DNA of 63,750 bases, counting the filler, from Octopus bimaculoides (taxonomy: Eukaryota), in the NCBI RefSeq assembly GCF_001194135.2. It is 8 parts of 7 records of this genome, joined end to end, with 100 filler letters (N's around TTAATTAATTAA, not from the genome) between each part and the next. Parts side by side here need not be neighbours in the genome. Positions count along the whole stretch, not along the records: positions 18,424 to 33,238 come from NC_069001.1; positions 33,339 to 36,231 come from NC_069007.1; positions 36,332 to 44,313 come from NC_068998.1; 5 more parts are not named here. One strand, given 5' to 3'. A program made the position numbers and the translations under genes. Shown piece by piece: positions 27,061 through 39,578 of this stretch (the stretch's first letter is position 1; the number at the start of each line of letters is the position of its first letter). Below the pieces are notes generated by a model. It saw only the letters and a program-made list of their open reading frames with translations, had not been told where the DNA came from and did no database searches.

Positions 27061-27381
27061 TGGCAGGCTTTTTCAGGTTTTATCTACCAAATTTACTCAC
27101 AAGGAATTGGTTAGCACAGAGTTATAGTAGAAGACACTTGCCCAAGGTGACAGCAATGGGACTCAACTCAAAACCAGGAAATTGCAAAGCAAGCTTCTCA
27201 ACAACACAGCTACACTAGCTATATAATTGCACCTTATTTAATTTAGCCCATTTTCCTTTCAATTATGCAAATTACCCGGACCATATATGGTTTGTACTCT
27301 TTTGTAAATGTCTACTTAGACATATACAAAAGAGTACAAACCATATATGGTCCATCTGCTTGAGGTAAGGTAGGACAACTT

Positions 27382-27420
27382 CTGTGCTGATGATGTCTAT
27401 TGAGGCAGAAACGTCCACAG
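27382..27420 (+). ncRNA. Minimal type I hammerhead ribozyme motif (Penelope pLTR type)
   Basis: ctgtg-CTGATGA-tgtct(attg)aggca-GAAAC-GTC-cacag: 5-bp stem I, intact core, 5-bp stem II, GUC triplet, and palindromic ACGT in place of stem III. Confidence 0.8.
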
Positions 27421-28756
27421 CAGGCCTCTTGTCTCCAGATAATCACACTGTCTATTCTTTAATGGCATGTCAATTTTGGAGAATTCTAGATTCTTCAGAT
27501 TATCTCCCTTCCTCATTTGTTGCTGGTCCCAGTTTCCAGCAAGTGATTTCATTACCATTCCTCGAAGATAAGTTCGATATGTCAAGAATTTACCTTGTAT
27601 GGAATTTAAAATACCCTTAATTTAAAAACTGTGTTTCTGTGTGTGTGTGTGTGTCTAAACATATGTATAGGGAAAGCAGACATTAAATGATTAAATATAT
27701 ACACACACACACACACTCCATTTGACCCATGTGAATGTTAAAATGATGTGTGTGTGTGTGTGTGTGTGTGAGTGTGTGTATATGTATATATATGTGTATA
27801 TATATATATATATATATAGTATTGTGTATATAAATATATTATACTATTTATACAGAGAGAGACAAGGAGAGAAAGTAGTGTGAGTGTGTATATATGTATA
27901 ATATATTGTATACACGTATGTACCGTGTGTGTATGTATATATATATAGAGAGTATATATAGACATATATTGTGTGTACATATGTAGTGTATACATATATA
28001 TATATATACACACAAATATATATATAGAGTATATATATATATGTATATATCACACAATTATTCACTTATACATTACTAGACGTCAAAAACATTCCTCAAA
28101 AACAATTAGGTTCACGATTTTTTCTTTAAGTTTCGTAACAGAATTCCTGTTGTCATATGAGTAAGATGCTGTTAATACGAAAGCCGTTTTTTATATTGCT
28201 TATTCGATTGTTAGTAATTTCGCGTTTAACTATTGTTTTAATTTCCTTCGTTTGTAGCCACTTCCTAATCCTGGCCATGTGCCTCGATGACAGACAGCAA
28301 CACTACTTGTAGTAGCACTGCGTGTGTGTGTAGGTGAATATGTGTTACGAATACCGAGTTTCTATATATAATTCTTACACCAGAATGTTGTTGACAGTAC
28401 CTTCGAAGTTTCCGCCAGCTAAGCCACCGATGGCTTAACAGGCCGAAACTTCGATGTCGCTGTCCACAACATTCATCGTTTAAGAACAAATTTGTACTCT
28501 ACAAAAGTATTGAGTAACCTATCAGATTAATAAAAAATTGGCGATCTTTGGTAAAGATCGCCGAAGACACTTTTTACGGAAAAGCTCGATATTCCGGCCT
28601 AGTATCGAAAGATCGCCCAAAAAATTGTTTTTAGGGAGGAGGAAAAGAATACGTACACCACCCGTCTTCGGGGTAACAAAAACTAACCCTAAACCCCGAG
28701 TGTACGAATTATTTACTTTCGCCGTTTTTAATACAACTGAACATAAAAAAACAAAC

Positions 28757-28800
<44 letters not shown>

Positions 28801-29237
28801 NNNNNNNNNNNNNNNNNNNNNNNNNNNNNNNNNNNNNNNNNNNNNNNNNNNNNNNNNNNNNNNNNNNNNNNNNNNNNNNNNNNNNNNNNNNNNNNNNNNN
28901 NNNNNNNNNNNNNNNNNNNNNNNNNNNNNNNNNNNNNNNNNNNNNNNNNNNNNNNNNNNNNNNNNNNNNNNNNNNNNNNNNNNNNNNNNNNNNNNNNNNN
29001 NNNNNNNNNNNNNNNNNNNNNNNNNNNNNNNNNNNNNNNNNNNNNNNNNNNNNNNNNNNNNNNNNNNNNNNNNNNNNNNNNNNNNNNNNNNNNNNNNNNN
29101 NNNNNNNNNNNNNNNNNNNNNNNNNNNNNNNNNNNNNNNNNNNNNNNNNNNNNNNNNNNNNNNNNNNNNNNNNNNNNNNNNNNNNNNNNNNNNNNNNNNN
29201 NNNNNNNNNNNNNNNNNNNNNNNNNNNNNNNNNNNNN

Positions 29238-29275
<38 letters not shown>

Positions 29276-30099
29276 TAAGCTATGAACAATTATGATATCT
29301 GCAAAACGTGAGGCAACCTAAATTAATAAGGGCTTCTATATAGAATGGTGTGTAAATGCTACTAGATATGATGGTAGAATTAATAGAGATGTGTAGAGAT
29401 ATACAGCAGCATAGAGGGATATGTATAAAGGTAATGAAACGTTTAAATGTTAGATTGGGAGGTTGATTCTATGTAGAAATAGGGGAGGAAATGAAGACAC
29501 GGGATGTGAATTGATATAGGAAGCAGAGACTTGTAGCTTGCTTATACATATATACCTACATATATACATACATACAACACACACACCATAAATGAGCGAG
29601 CTGACATCATATGTAATAGAGCTAGCCTGATCAGTGATAGATTTATAGATGAAGCGAAACATATAATATATATGTGCGTGTGTTCGAGAAAGAAAAAGGA
29701 AAAATATGTAGATAAATGTTGACATTTGTATTTTAAATGAAGAAAATCTTTTCCGTTTGTAATTAATAAACTGATGGGTGGGAGAAAGTGAATGAAAACC
29801 GAAGGAAAAAAGAAAGGTTAAAATTATTCTGTAGCTTCTGGAAATAAGATGAGAATAAACCAGCAGTGAATGGATAGAGAGAGAGAGAGAGAGAGAGCTT
29901 ACAACTGTTGAATCATGATGAATTAATATTGAACAGCAACAGAGTAGAACGAATAAATGGAATGGGTGCAAATATATATGTGTGTGTATGTGTGTGTATA
30001 AAATTGAAATTTTTGTTTCCATTTCCAGTTGATAGTACTACACATGATCACCTGGAATTTATCATTTTCTTTGAAACTGTGTATACCTTTTAACTTACA

Positions 30100-30164
<65 letters not shown>

Positions 30165-30468
30165 CACAGGGAGAGAGATGCAGTTTCGATCGTAAACATA
30201 TATAATGTCTAGTTAATTTTAAAGACTACGCAAATGTATATATATTTACAGAGAAAGAAATCAAATACATAAGTCTTATATTAGTTTATGTGTTAGTATG
30301 ATGAAGTTGAAGTGAGATATTTTCAACTTAGTAAATGAATGGGAAGATGAAGAAAAAAAACAGAAAAAATAAAGTTCTGAAAGAGAAAACAAAAACGATA
30401 AATGGTACGAGAAAGGTATAAAATAGATATCAAGAGCAACAAGCATTTAGAAAATGGTCAATACATAC

Positions 30469-30770
30469 TCGAAGCAAAAGAACAAGCCGCTCGTAAGAAT
30501 TATCAAGGTACAAGTAAAGTAAAAAATTCCAGTATGTTTCGCCATCATTATTCGGCCGTCACAACAGAATTTGTTCTTTCCCGGAAAAATCTCCCATTTG
30601 CGGACTTTCTTTGGCATTTTGCTGCCGGGTATATCCTGTTCGGATAATTTCGTTGGAGACTCCGTGGAAACAGCAGTGTACGAGTGATCTTTCATTACCC
30701 CTAAAGGACCTCCTTCTTCTCCAACGACAACGACCAGCCCGGGACCGCTATCCCCTTCGTCGTCAGGCAT
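30469..30770 (-). CDS. ZDHHC14: First coding exon of a DHHC palmitoyltransferase of the ZDHHC9/14/18 (Erf2-like) group
   Basis: Translation contains [44 protein letters not shown], matching the conserved N-terminus and TM1 of ZDHHC14/18/9. A canonical donor GA|GTATGT lies at 30469/30468 (phase 2, would complete the conserved FD-C). No downstream exon was recognised in the window, so the paralogue assignment is tentative. Confidence 0.88.
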
Positions 30771-33700
30771 GAAATAAATAATAATAACACTTAATAGCTA
30801 TAATTTTTTTTGTCTGTTTGTTGGTTTGAGTTTGTGTTGTGTGTGTGTTTTGTGTTGGTTCCCCCTTGAATGGTCTATTCAACCGTGACAATCCAAAAAA
30901 AAATGAAAAAAAGATAAAACGTCCTGTGTGTATTTCGAGAGGGAGGGGTTGTGGTTATATACCGTTTCGGTTTGGTTCTTCTTTTAATATATGTAGAATA
31001 AAATAATTTATGTCTAAGTCAACAAGCAAATGATTTCAGCTGTATGAAAATGTTTAAAAAATTATCGTAAATTTTAAGAAGATCTACATATATATATATC
31101 AATGTATTTATACAAGGTCTAGATCAAGACACTACATATAGAGTAGACGAAAAGACATTTGCTGTCTGGGACAGCAAGCAACAATGTGTTGAAGGTAAGT
31201 CTTGTTTTTGATTGATCGTTTTGGTTTTTCTTTTCTTTTGTTTCACACAACACTGTTTTCTTTTCTCTTGTGTAATTTCCTATAGATGGTTATTAATGTC
31301 CAGCTGCGATTTCAATAAACGATAGACAGATATATATACATACATACATACATAGAAGCTAGCATTCATTTAACTGTGACATCGAAGAGAGGAGAACTGG
31401 CTGGAGAATGCATCGGTTTTCCCCTAGCATCTTTCGCGATCCAGTTCCTTTCTTCGATTCCTCCTCCTTTCTCTTATCCTTCTTCTTTTCCTGGAAATAA
31501 TACGTTGCCGCCGGTTTTCTTCTTAACCAATTTCTGTAGGAGAAAGGTTTCAGAAGTTGGCGAGAACAGGTTCTGCATAAACATTACATCACCGTTCAAG
31601 CTATTCAAGCAGATCTTCCTGTTTGGGCAGAAGTTGAATTAATTGCGCAGGCGCACAACACGCTTTTCGCTGACAACTACGGAAGACCATAAAGCTACAA
31701 GCATTAACCGTGATTAGGAAAGCTTCTAACATGAGACGTTGACGTGAAAAATATTTATTATTTTTAATATAAGCCACAAGGCCAGAAATTTTGATGGGTG
31801 GGGGATTAATCAATTCATCGATCACCTCATCGACCCCCCCCCCCCAACACTTTGATAAGTACTTTATTTTACCGAAACCCCGAATGAATGCAATGTAAAG
31901 TTGGTCTCGGTGAGATTTGAACTCAGAATGTAAAGAACCGGAAAAAATACCGCAAGGCATTTTATGCGACGCTCTAATAATGATAGGTCCTGCGTCGGTT
32001 TCGACGAAGAACATTCAGTTTTTTTTTTTTTGTTGTTTTTTTCGATCGGCTGAACTGTCTGCTTGTTAAATTAGCGTCTAAGTGAACGATGTTACACAGC
32101 TATATGTACCCTTGATAAAATTCTTAGACTGGAACAGCGTGACACAGTAGGGAGACAAGGCTAGAACTTTAAATTACATGTAGAAATCGTGGGACAGGTT
32201 TGACAACAGATTCTACCTTCCTAATTTCGATTACAAAGCTCGAATCAATCCGAGTCTAATGTAAGTGACATTTGTCCGAGATACGACGCATCGGGGTGTT
32301 AATAATTTAAAATGCAGACAAGTTGTTTCAACAGGTCGAAATTCGACCGAGGACTCGACTTCTTGAGAGCTTACATTTTCTATTATTCAACCGTGGCGAT
32401 CGTTCATATATACATATATATAAGCTAGCTTTGTAAGAGTACGAAAATGAGTTGGCAGGTTGGTGCACTAAATGTAAGCATCAATGACGTAATTGAAATC
32501 ACATGGCTACATGCCACCAGTACCGGGTATCGAAACCGGGTCGTAGACTCGGTTCCTCGGTCTACAGAAGGTGTAACTTGTGCTCCAAAGCACTCGCTAC
32601 AAAAATTAGTAATAATTTTATCTCAGTAATAATACCTTTATTCCACTCGTCGTGTCATATTCTGTGAAAAAATAGTTACTTATTATTCTAATGAGTTTTT
32701 CTTATTGCATACACATTTTTTTTCCCCTTTTAAGCTTTGTCACATTACCGACGACACTTTATTTCAATTTACTTGTACCACATTTACAAATTCCTGGAAA
32801 CTCTATTTTTAAGCTTTCGTTTCTCAGTCTGAAAATAAATACATCGCAATCATAAGTATCGAAGTCCTTGAATTTAGTATAGATTAAATCTTCATACTAT
32901 AGATGCCATAAATTAAAGACACCTCATCTTGGCAGAGACCATCCTAGTGACATTGCTTAAAGTATGTGTCACTGGGAGCAGTCTTTGAATTTCCCCCGCC
33001 CCCATAAGCCTGTACGAGTTATTGCAGCAGACTAGAGCTCTGGAAAAACCGTCTTCCAAGGCTTCTTTGAGTTTCCATTTACCAAATCCAATCACAAGGC
33101 TTTGGTCAGACCGAAGCTATTGCAGAAAACACTTGCCCAAGGAACTGAACTGAACCTGGAACCATGTGGTTGGGAAGCAAGCATCTTACCACACAGCAAT
33201 GACTGCACACACACACACACACACACACATACACATATNNNNNNNNNNNNNNNNNNNNNNNNNNNNNNNNNNNNNNNNNNNNTTAATTAATTAANNNNNN
33301 NNNNNNNNNNNNNNNNNNNNNNNNNNNNNNNNNNNNNNATATATACTCTTCCTTATAAGCACGTGCGTACGCGTGTGTGGGTTTGTTTATCTATCGGTCT
33401 CCCCCTCTTATGACAATTTTGCTCTCCCAAGATACCTAATTCCATATGTAAGAATAACTCCATTACGTCCTGAACTACGACATCTAAAGCAAACTAAATT
33501 TGCAGGGATATGTATGATTTCGCTTGTGTGTTTGTGTGTGTGAGCCTGATTAACAGTAGCTTTGTCTGTCTATCTGTTTGTCTAGCTGTATATTTGTTTC
33601 GATATTTGACTGTTTGTTTGTGTAGCTGCTTGTGGGTCTTCATGTCTGGATATTTGTCCGTGAACATGAAAAGCCGTCTTTTACGTCAATCAGCGGTCGT

Positions 33701-33863
33701 AAAACGAGAAGAAACGGTTGATTCCTGCATGACATTGAAAGAATCTTCTAGATTGTATCTCCATTTCTGTCAACATTGAAAAATAATATCCAAAATCAAA
33801 ATGAATACCAATAATATGTGTATGTATATAAGTATTTATCCAGTTATTTATGTGAATGTACGA

Positions 33864-33905
<42 letters not shown>

Positions 33906-33915
33906 NNNNNNNNNN

Positions 33916-33954
<39 letters not shown>

Positions 33955-33955
<1 letters not shown>

Positions 33956-34100
33956 CAGCACATTTGGCTTACAGCTGCTTCCAGTAACTATTATAGGTAC
34001 ATTATTGATAGGTTTACTCATTTGGTCAGTTGATCAACTGAGGCAAATTGAACGACCAAAGAAAAACAATTCTACTTTCGTCAGAGCCATTTCTGGCTAT
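33955..34100 (+). repeat. Unclassified interspersed repeat shared with ~1830-1975
   Basis: Both loci share acagctg.ttcc...ttataggt.c.tt..tgataggtttactca....ctactttcgtcag...catttctgg. Confidence 0.65.
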
Positions 34101-34260
34101 ACATACATACATACATACATGCATACATACATGCATACATACATACATACATACATACGTACGTACATACATACGTACGTACGTGTGTGTGTGTGTGTGA
34201 CCGCGTGTGTATCGTTGGCGATTTTCTTTCTCCGTCTTCCCTTCTTTGAACTTTTCCTAT

Positions 34261-34295
34261 ATTTCTGATGAAGAGCTCCGCTCGAAACGTGAAAT
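34261..34295 (+). ncRNA. Hammerhead-like motif, second family (non-canonical GUG triplet)
   Basis: attt-CTGATGA-a-gagc(tcc)gctc-GAAAC-GTG-aaat. Decayed relatives on minus at 19748-19783 and ~2609-2645. Confidence 0.55.
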
Positions 34296-34659
34296 CCTCT
34301 TTCTTTTCTGTCCTTTCCTGAGCGTCCAATAACACTGCACTTATTCCACGTCCTCGCCTTGTTGTTGCTGTTTTTTTTTTTGTTGTTTTAACTTGCAATC
34401 GGATCGCATCAATGAACTCCCCAAATAGCCATAGGTGTGAGTTTTGACTTACCTTTCTTTGGAACACTCTTACACTCCTTGGACACCGGACCTACCATGG
34501 ATTGCTTCCTTTTTAAGAACTGACTATTTTGGTATATTTTTAACCAATGGGTAAATTTTTTAGTTGATTGATATGTTTTAATTACTCTTTTTAATCACCT
34601 TACTTTAGTCGATTTTTATATACATTTTTCCGAACTGGTCCTTCTCTCCTTACTCTTTA

Positions 34660-35012
34660 CTCTTTACTCATTTCAGCCATTTGACTGCGGCCATGCTGGA
34701 ACATCGCCTTTAGTCGAGCAAATCGACCCCAGGTTAGTACTTATTCTATCGGTTTATTTTGTCGAACTGCTAAGTTACGGGGGACGTAAAACACCAGCAT
34801 CGGTTGTAAAGCGATGTTGGGGGAACAAACACACACACACATATATATACATATACATATATACGACGGGCTTCCTTCAGTTTCCGACTACCAAATCCAC
34901 TAACAAGGCTTTGGTCGGCCCGAGGCTATAGTAGAAGACACTTGCTCAAGGTGCCACACAGTGGGACTGAACCCGGAACCATGTGGTTGGTAAGCACAGC
35001 CACTCCTGTACC
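34660..35012 (-). mobile_element. SINE family A copy
   Basis: Colinear with 39307-39740. Confidence 0.8.
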
Positions 35013-35877
35013 TATATATTTTTATATGTGCATATATATGTAACGATAAATGTTTTGTGTGAAGGCTGCAATTCTTTTGTTCGGGGTCACCAATTGTACG
35101 ATAATGTTTTTGTTTGTAGCGATGATAATTTTGTGTAGTTACCAATTGTAACGGATGTAAGATGAACGATGAACAGTGATCGAAGTTGTTAAGAAATATT
35201 TATTTACCATTACTTTAATAAATGCCATACCACGACGGGTAGGTTAGTGTAGTAGTACAACACAGTTCGTAAAGCATGCAAGGTAAAGAAAGTTAATTTC
35301 GGCCTGTATATGTGTGTACACGATCTTGTAGTAGTAAATAGTCAGAGATATGGTAATGTTATAGAGAAAAGAAATTGAGCTAGTGAAAGTTGTAGGGTGT
35401 GGTATGTTGTGTCTCATAGTTGGCTGATTGTAACCTTTCTCCCTTTGGTCGTTTTGTCTTTAGTGGCTGCCTGCTTGTGACTATATCTCTAGACGTCCGT
35501 TCCCTAACTAATTGAGTTGTCACTAGTTGCTTCACTCTGTTGTCGCCAAGTGACTACTGCTCGTTGAGTCGTTACCGACTGGTGACTAAACTAATTTTTT
35601 CTCGGGGTTTCATTGCTTTTATAACTATCTAGAAGGATAGACATATTATTGAGAACAATAGATTTAGTTGGTGGTCTTGTTATTTCTATTCTAGATTTTG
35701 GTGATGTAGAAGATGCTAGAAAGGGTCAAGTGGTGAAGAACATTGTTTCGGCCTAGCTAAAGGCATCTAGAAAATATTTAACTGCTGTCAGAGAAAAGCT
35801 ATTGTTCCACCGTGGGAAAAAGTTCTGTTGCAGCGTTAATTTAAATTTGGCAATGGTGGATTGAATCCATTTCATGC

Positions 35878-36231
35878 ATGCAAGATCCACTACATACATT
35901 TCACATGCACATTGTCAAGTTGACAGCAAAGTGCAGACAGCTGGCGGGGTGGATACTGAGGACATTCCGTATATTGGATCAAAAAGTCATGTTGACTCTA
36001 TGGAAGACATTTGTCCTGAGCCGCCTAGACTATTGCTCTCAGTTGTGGTCACCACACAGTGTCAAACGGACAGCAGAACTCGAGGCAATTCAGCGGCACT
36101 ATACAAAAAAGATCGCCACAGTCCAGCAGATGAACTACAGGGAGCGACTGAAGGCACTAGGTCTCTACTCCCTGGAACGCAGGCGGGAGAGATATGTAAT
36201 AATATACATATGGAAAATACTGGAAGGACTG
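35878..36231 (+). mobile_element. CR1-clade LINE, RT C-terminal fragment (runs into a gap)
   Basis: GWILRTF..LWKTFVLSRLDYCSQLWSP...LEAIQRHYTKKI...NYRERLKALGLYSLERRRERY. Confidence 0.88.
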
Positions 36232-36331
36232 NNNNNNNNNNNNNNNNNNNNNNNNNNNNNNNNNNNNNNNNNNNNTTAATTAATTAANNNNNNNNNNNNN
36301 NNNNNNNNNNNNNNNNNNNNNNNNNNNNNNN

Positions 36332-36379
<48 letters not shown>

Positions 36380-37029
36380 TTAAATATATATATACACACA
36401 CATATACACATATACACGCACATCATTATTATAATAATAATTATCATTATTGTTATTTTTATTATCATTATTATTATTATTATTGTTATTATTACTACAA
36501 TTATTATTATTATTACTGTTATTGTTGTTGTTGCTGCTGCTGCTGCTGTTGTTGTTGTTGTTGAGGAGGTAGTGAGCTAGCAGAATCATTAGTAAGATGG
36601 ACAAGATGCTAAGTGTTTTTTTTTTTTCATCTGTCTTTATGTTCTGAGTTCAAATTCTGCTGAGGTTGACTTAGCCTTTCATCCTTTAGGGGTGGTCGAT
36701 AAAATAAGTATTAGTTGAACACTGGGGTCATTGTAATTGGCTTACCCCCTGCCACGCACTTGCTGGCCTTGTGCCAAAATTTGAGAACATCATTACTATT
36801 ATTAATATTATTATTATTATTATTATTATTGTTATCATTATTATTATTGGTATTTCGCTTGTTGCTATGTTCTGAGTTCAAATTGCACTGAGGCCGATTT
36901 GCCTTTTGTCCTTTCAGGGTCAATAAGTTAAGTCCCATTGAAACTCTGGAATCGATGTAATAGACTAGTCCCATCTCTAAACATTGCAGGCCTTGTACCT
37001 TTAGAAGAAAGTATTGTTATTATTATTAT

Positions 37030-37805
37030 TCACTACCAAGCACAGCTCTGTGTGCCATTCGGTATGTGCTGTGGTTTGCTGTGATGCTCTCATTTTTACT
37101 GTACTGAAAGTGTTTTACATAGTATGTGAGTAGTACTAGTAGTGCTATGTTTTGTATGTTGTATATACTTGTTAGTCCTGGTGTTTGTGTTATGTATTTG
37201 TTTGAATATTTTTTATCATACCTAATGCACCTACTTTTCTTTTTCTGTTTTTAGACTCCACATTCAAGTTACCTTTATTGTATTTTGAAAGTTTCTCCAT
37301 TTCTTTTAGAAAAACATTGTCATCTGTTGGTATTGATACAACAATTAGAAAACATTTTTTTCCTTGATGATCTTTGACAACTATATCTGGTCTATTTGCC
37401 TTAATTTCTCTATCTGTGTGTATTGGCATATCCCTGAGTATGGTTGCTTCTCATTTTCTGTGATCTTTTCTGGCACGTGCCTATACCATCTTTTTTCCAT
37501 TGTTATTCCATAGAGTTGACACAGCTTCCAGTGTATATAGGTCCCAGCTCTGTCGTGTCTGTGAATATATTTCTTCTTAGCCAGGACTGGGCAACCAGAG
37601 ATAATATGATGTATTGTTTCTTGTCCATCACCACATATTCTACATTTAGTTGTATTTCTTTTCATTAAATGTTTTTGGTAATTTCTGGTGAGGAGGCTTT
37701 GTGCTGCAATTAAAATCCTTTAGTCTCTGCTCTCAGCCATTGCTGGAATTTTGCTTTGTTTATGTCTTCATTGTTTAGTTTAATCCAGTATTTGCCATGA
37801 AGGGG
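37030..37805 (-). mobile_element. R4/Dong 3' end with CCHC finger and restriction-like endonuclease
   Basis: TKCRICGDGQETIHHIISGCPVLAKKKYIHRHD and MPIHTDREIKANRPDIVVKD..KCFLI.VSIP (PD..D endonuclease). Flanked by (TAA)n tracts. Confidence 0.88.
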
Positions 37806-37849
37806 CTTTATTATTATTATTATTATTATTATTCAGTAGTTTTATTTTT

Positions 37850-38186
37850 ATAACGTGCTTTCGCTTCACTATCGAGTGCAGCTGTGTGTGCCTTGGGTAT
37901 GTGCTGTGGTTTGCTGTGGTGCTCTTATGTTTACTGTATTGAAAGTGTTTTGCGCAGGATGTGTGCAGTGCCCAGTAGTGCAATTTTCTGTATGTTATAT
38001 ATATTTGTAAGTCCTGGTGTTTTTGTTATGTATTTGTCTGAATATTTTTTTTATTATACATAAGGCACCTACTATGATAGGAATTGTTTCTGATTTTAGA
38101 TTCCACATTCAAGTTACCTCTATTTCCAGGTCTTTGTATTTTGAAAGTTTCTCCATTTCATTTAGGGAAACATTGTCATCTGCTGG

Positions 38187-38190
<4 letters not shown>
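37850..38190 (-). mobile_element. Second, shorter R4/Dong 3' end
   Basis: Sequence parallels 37030-37330 (KEMEKLSKYKDLEIEVTRMWNLKT..GALGMI). Bounded by (TAA)n on both sides. Confidence 0.85.
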
Positions 38191-38253
<63 letters not shown>

Positions 38254-39306
38254 GATTATTATTATTATTATTAGAGGCTAGAATAAAGAAATAAAAGTGA
38301 AACCATCTTCAAATCATACTGTATTCTTTGAAAAAAAAAAATAGATGGACACATGGAACAATTGCATATTAAATAATATACTGTGGATAGAAACAAGAAA
38401 ATTAGAACAAATATTGAACACCTTTTCTTTAGGAGGGGTTACTTACCTGGGGCTTAGTAGCAACAGTATCAACCATTTCCTATTCTATTAAAAAATAAAC
38501 AAATAAATTCATTATTATATTTCAGCAATCAATTTTAAAATGTATTTCTATTATTTTTTTTTAAAAATAATTTCTCTTTCTTCAATTAAATATCCTTAAT
38601 ATGACTCCAGGTGCCCTACAGTACCATAAGTGAATATGAACTATCAACTTATTGTTTGATGTTCTAATAACAATACTATACTGTATGAGCTCAGTCCTCA
38701 GCAACCTCCATTATATAGCACATCAATATGATTTGCTACTTTCACTTTTGTTTTCATACTTATTTCCTTTAATGTATATTTTCGCAAACATTCTTGCTAC
38801 TAGAAAACTTATTCCAGTTTGATCCTAGTTTAGCCATTAATTAAAAATAAAGAAATTAAAGGAAATTTTAATTTCCTTGCTGAAACATTATGTTTGAAAA
38901 CAAAACAAGATGGCAGTAGTTGGAAAACAATCATCGCAAACATTGTAAAAACTAACAAGTGATGTTCTGATGTTCTGATGTTCCTCATTGCTTGAAATGA
39001 AATTAATGAAGAAAATAATGCTAATGAGATTTAATTTGCAATTTTATTTTGAATTGTTATTGAAGAATCTTTACCTGGAGGCAACATTCGGAATTTCTAG
39101 GCAAAACAAAACTAAAGGTAGAACATATTCATTAAAATTTTTTGATGTAGATTTTTAAATAAATGCAACACCTGTACTGTTCGCGCCACTTCTGCTGAAT
39201 GCCTCACTAGAACACCTGATCTCTAATCGTAGCTGTGTCTCACTGTGTTTCCAAGAGCCTGAGTATTCATTCAGCTTCATCATTGTTATGCTGCCTCTCC
39301 ACAATA

Positions 39307-39523
39307 TACTCTTTACTCTTTACTCTTTACTTGTTTCAGTCATTTGACTGTGGCCATGCTGGAGCACCGTCTTTAGTCGAGAAAATCGACCCCAGGACTT
39401 ATTCTTTGCAAGCCTAGTACTTATTCTATCGGTCTCTTTTTGCCGAACCGCTAAGTTACGGGGACGTAAACACACCAGCATCGGTTGTCAAGCGATGGTG
39501 GGGGGACAAACACAGACACACAG

Positions 39524-39578
<55 letters not shown>

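Noticed and set aside
31376-31642. 88-aa plus-strand ORF near the ZDHHC start
   Set aside because: It begins at GTG, is pyrimidine-biased low complexity and has no recognisable domain; more likely promoter or UTR sequence.
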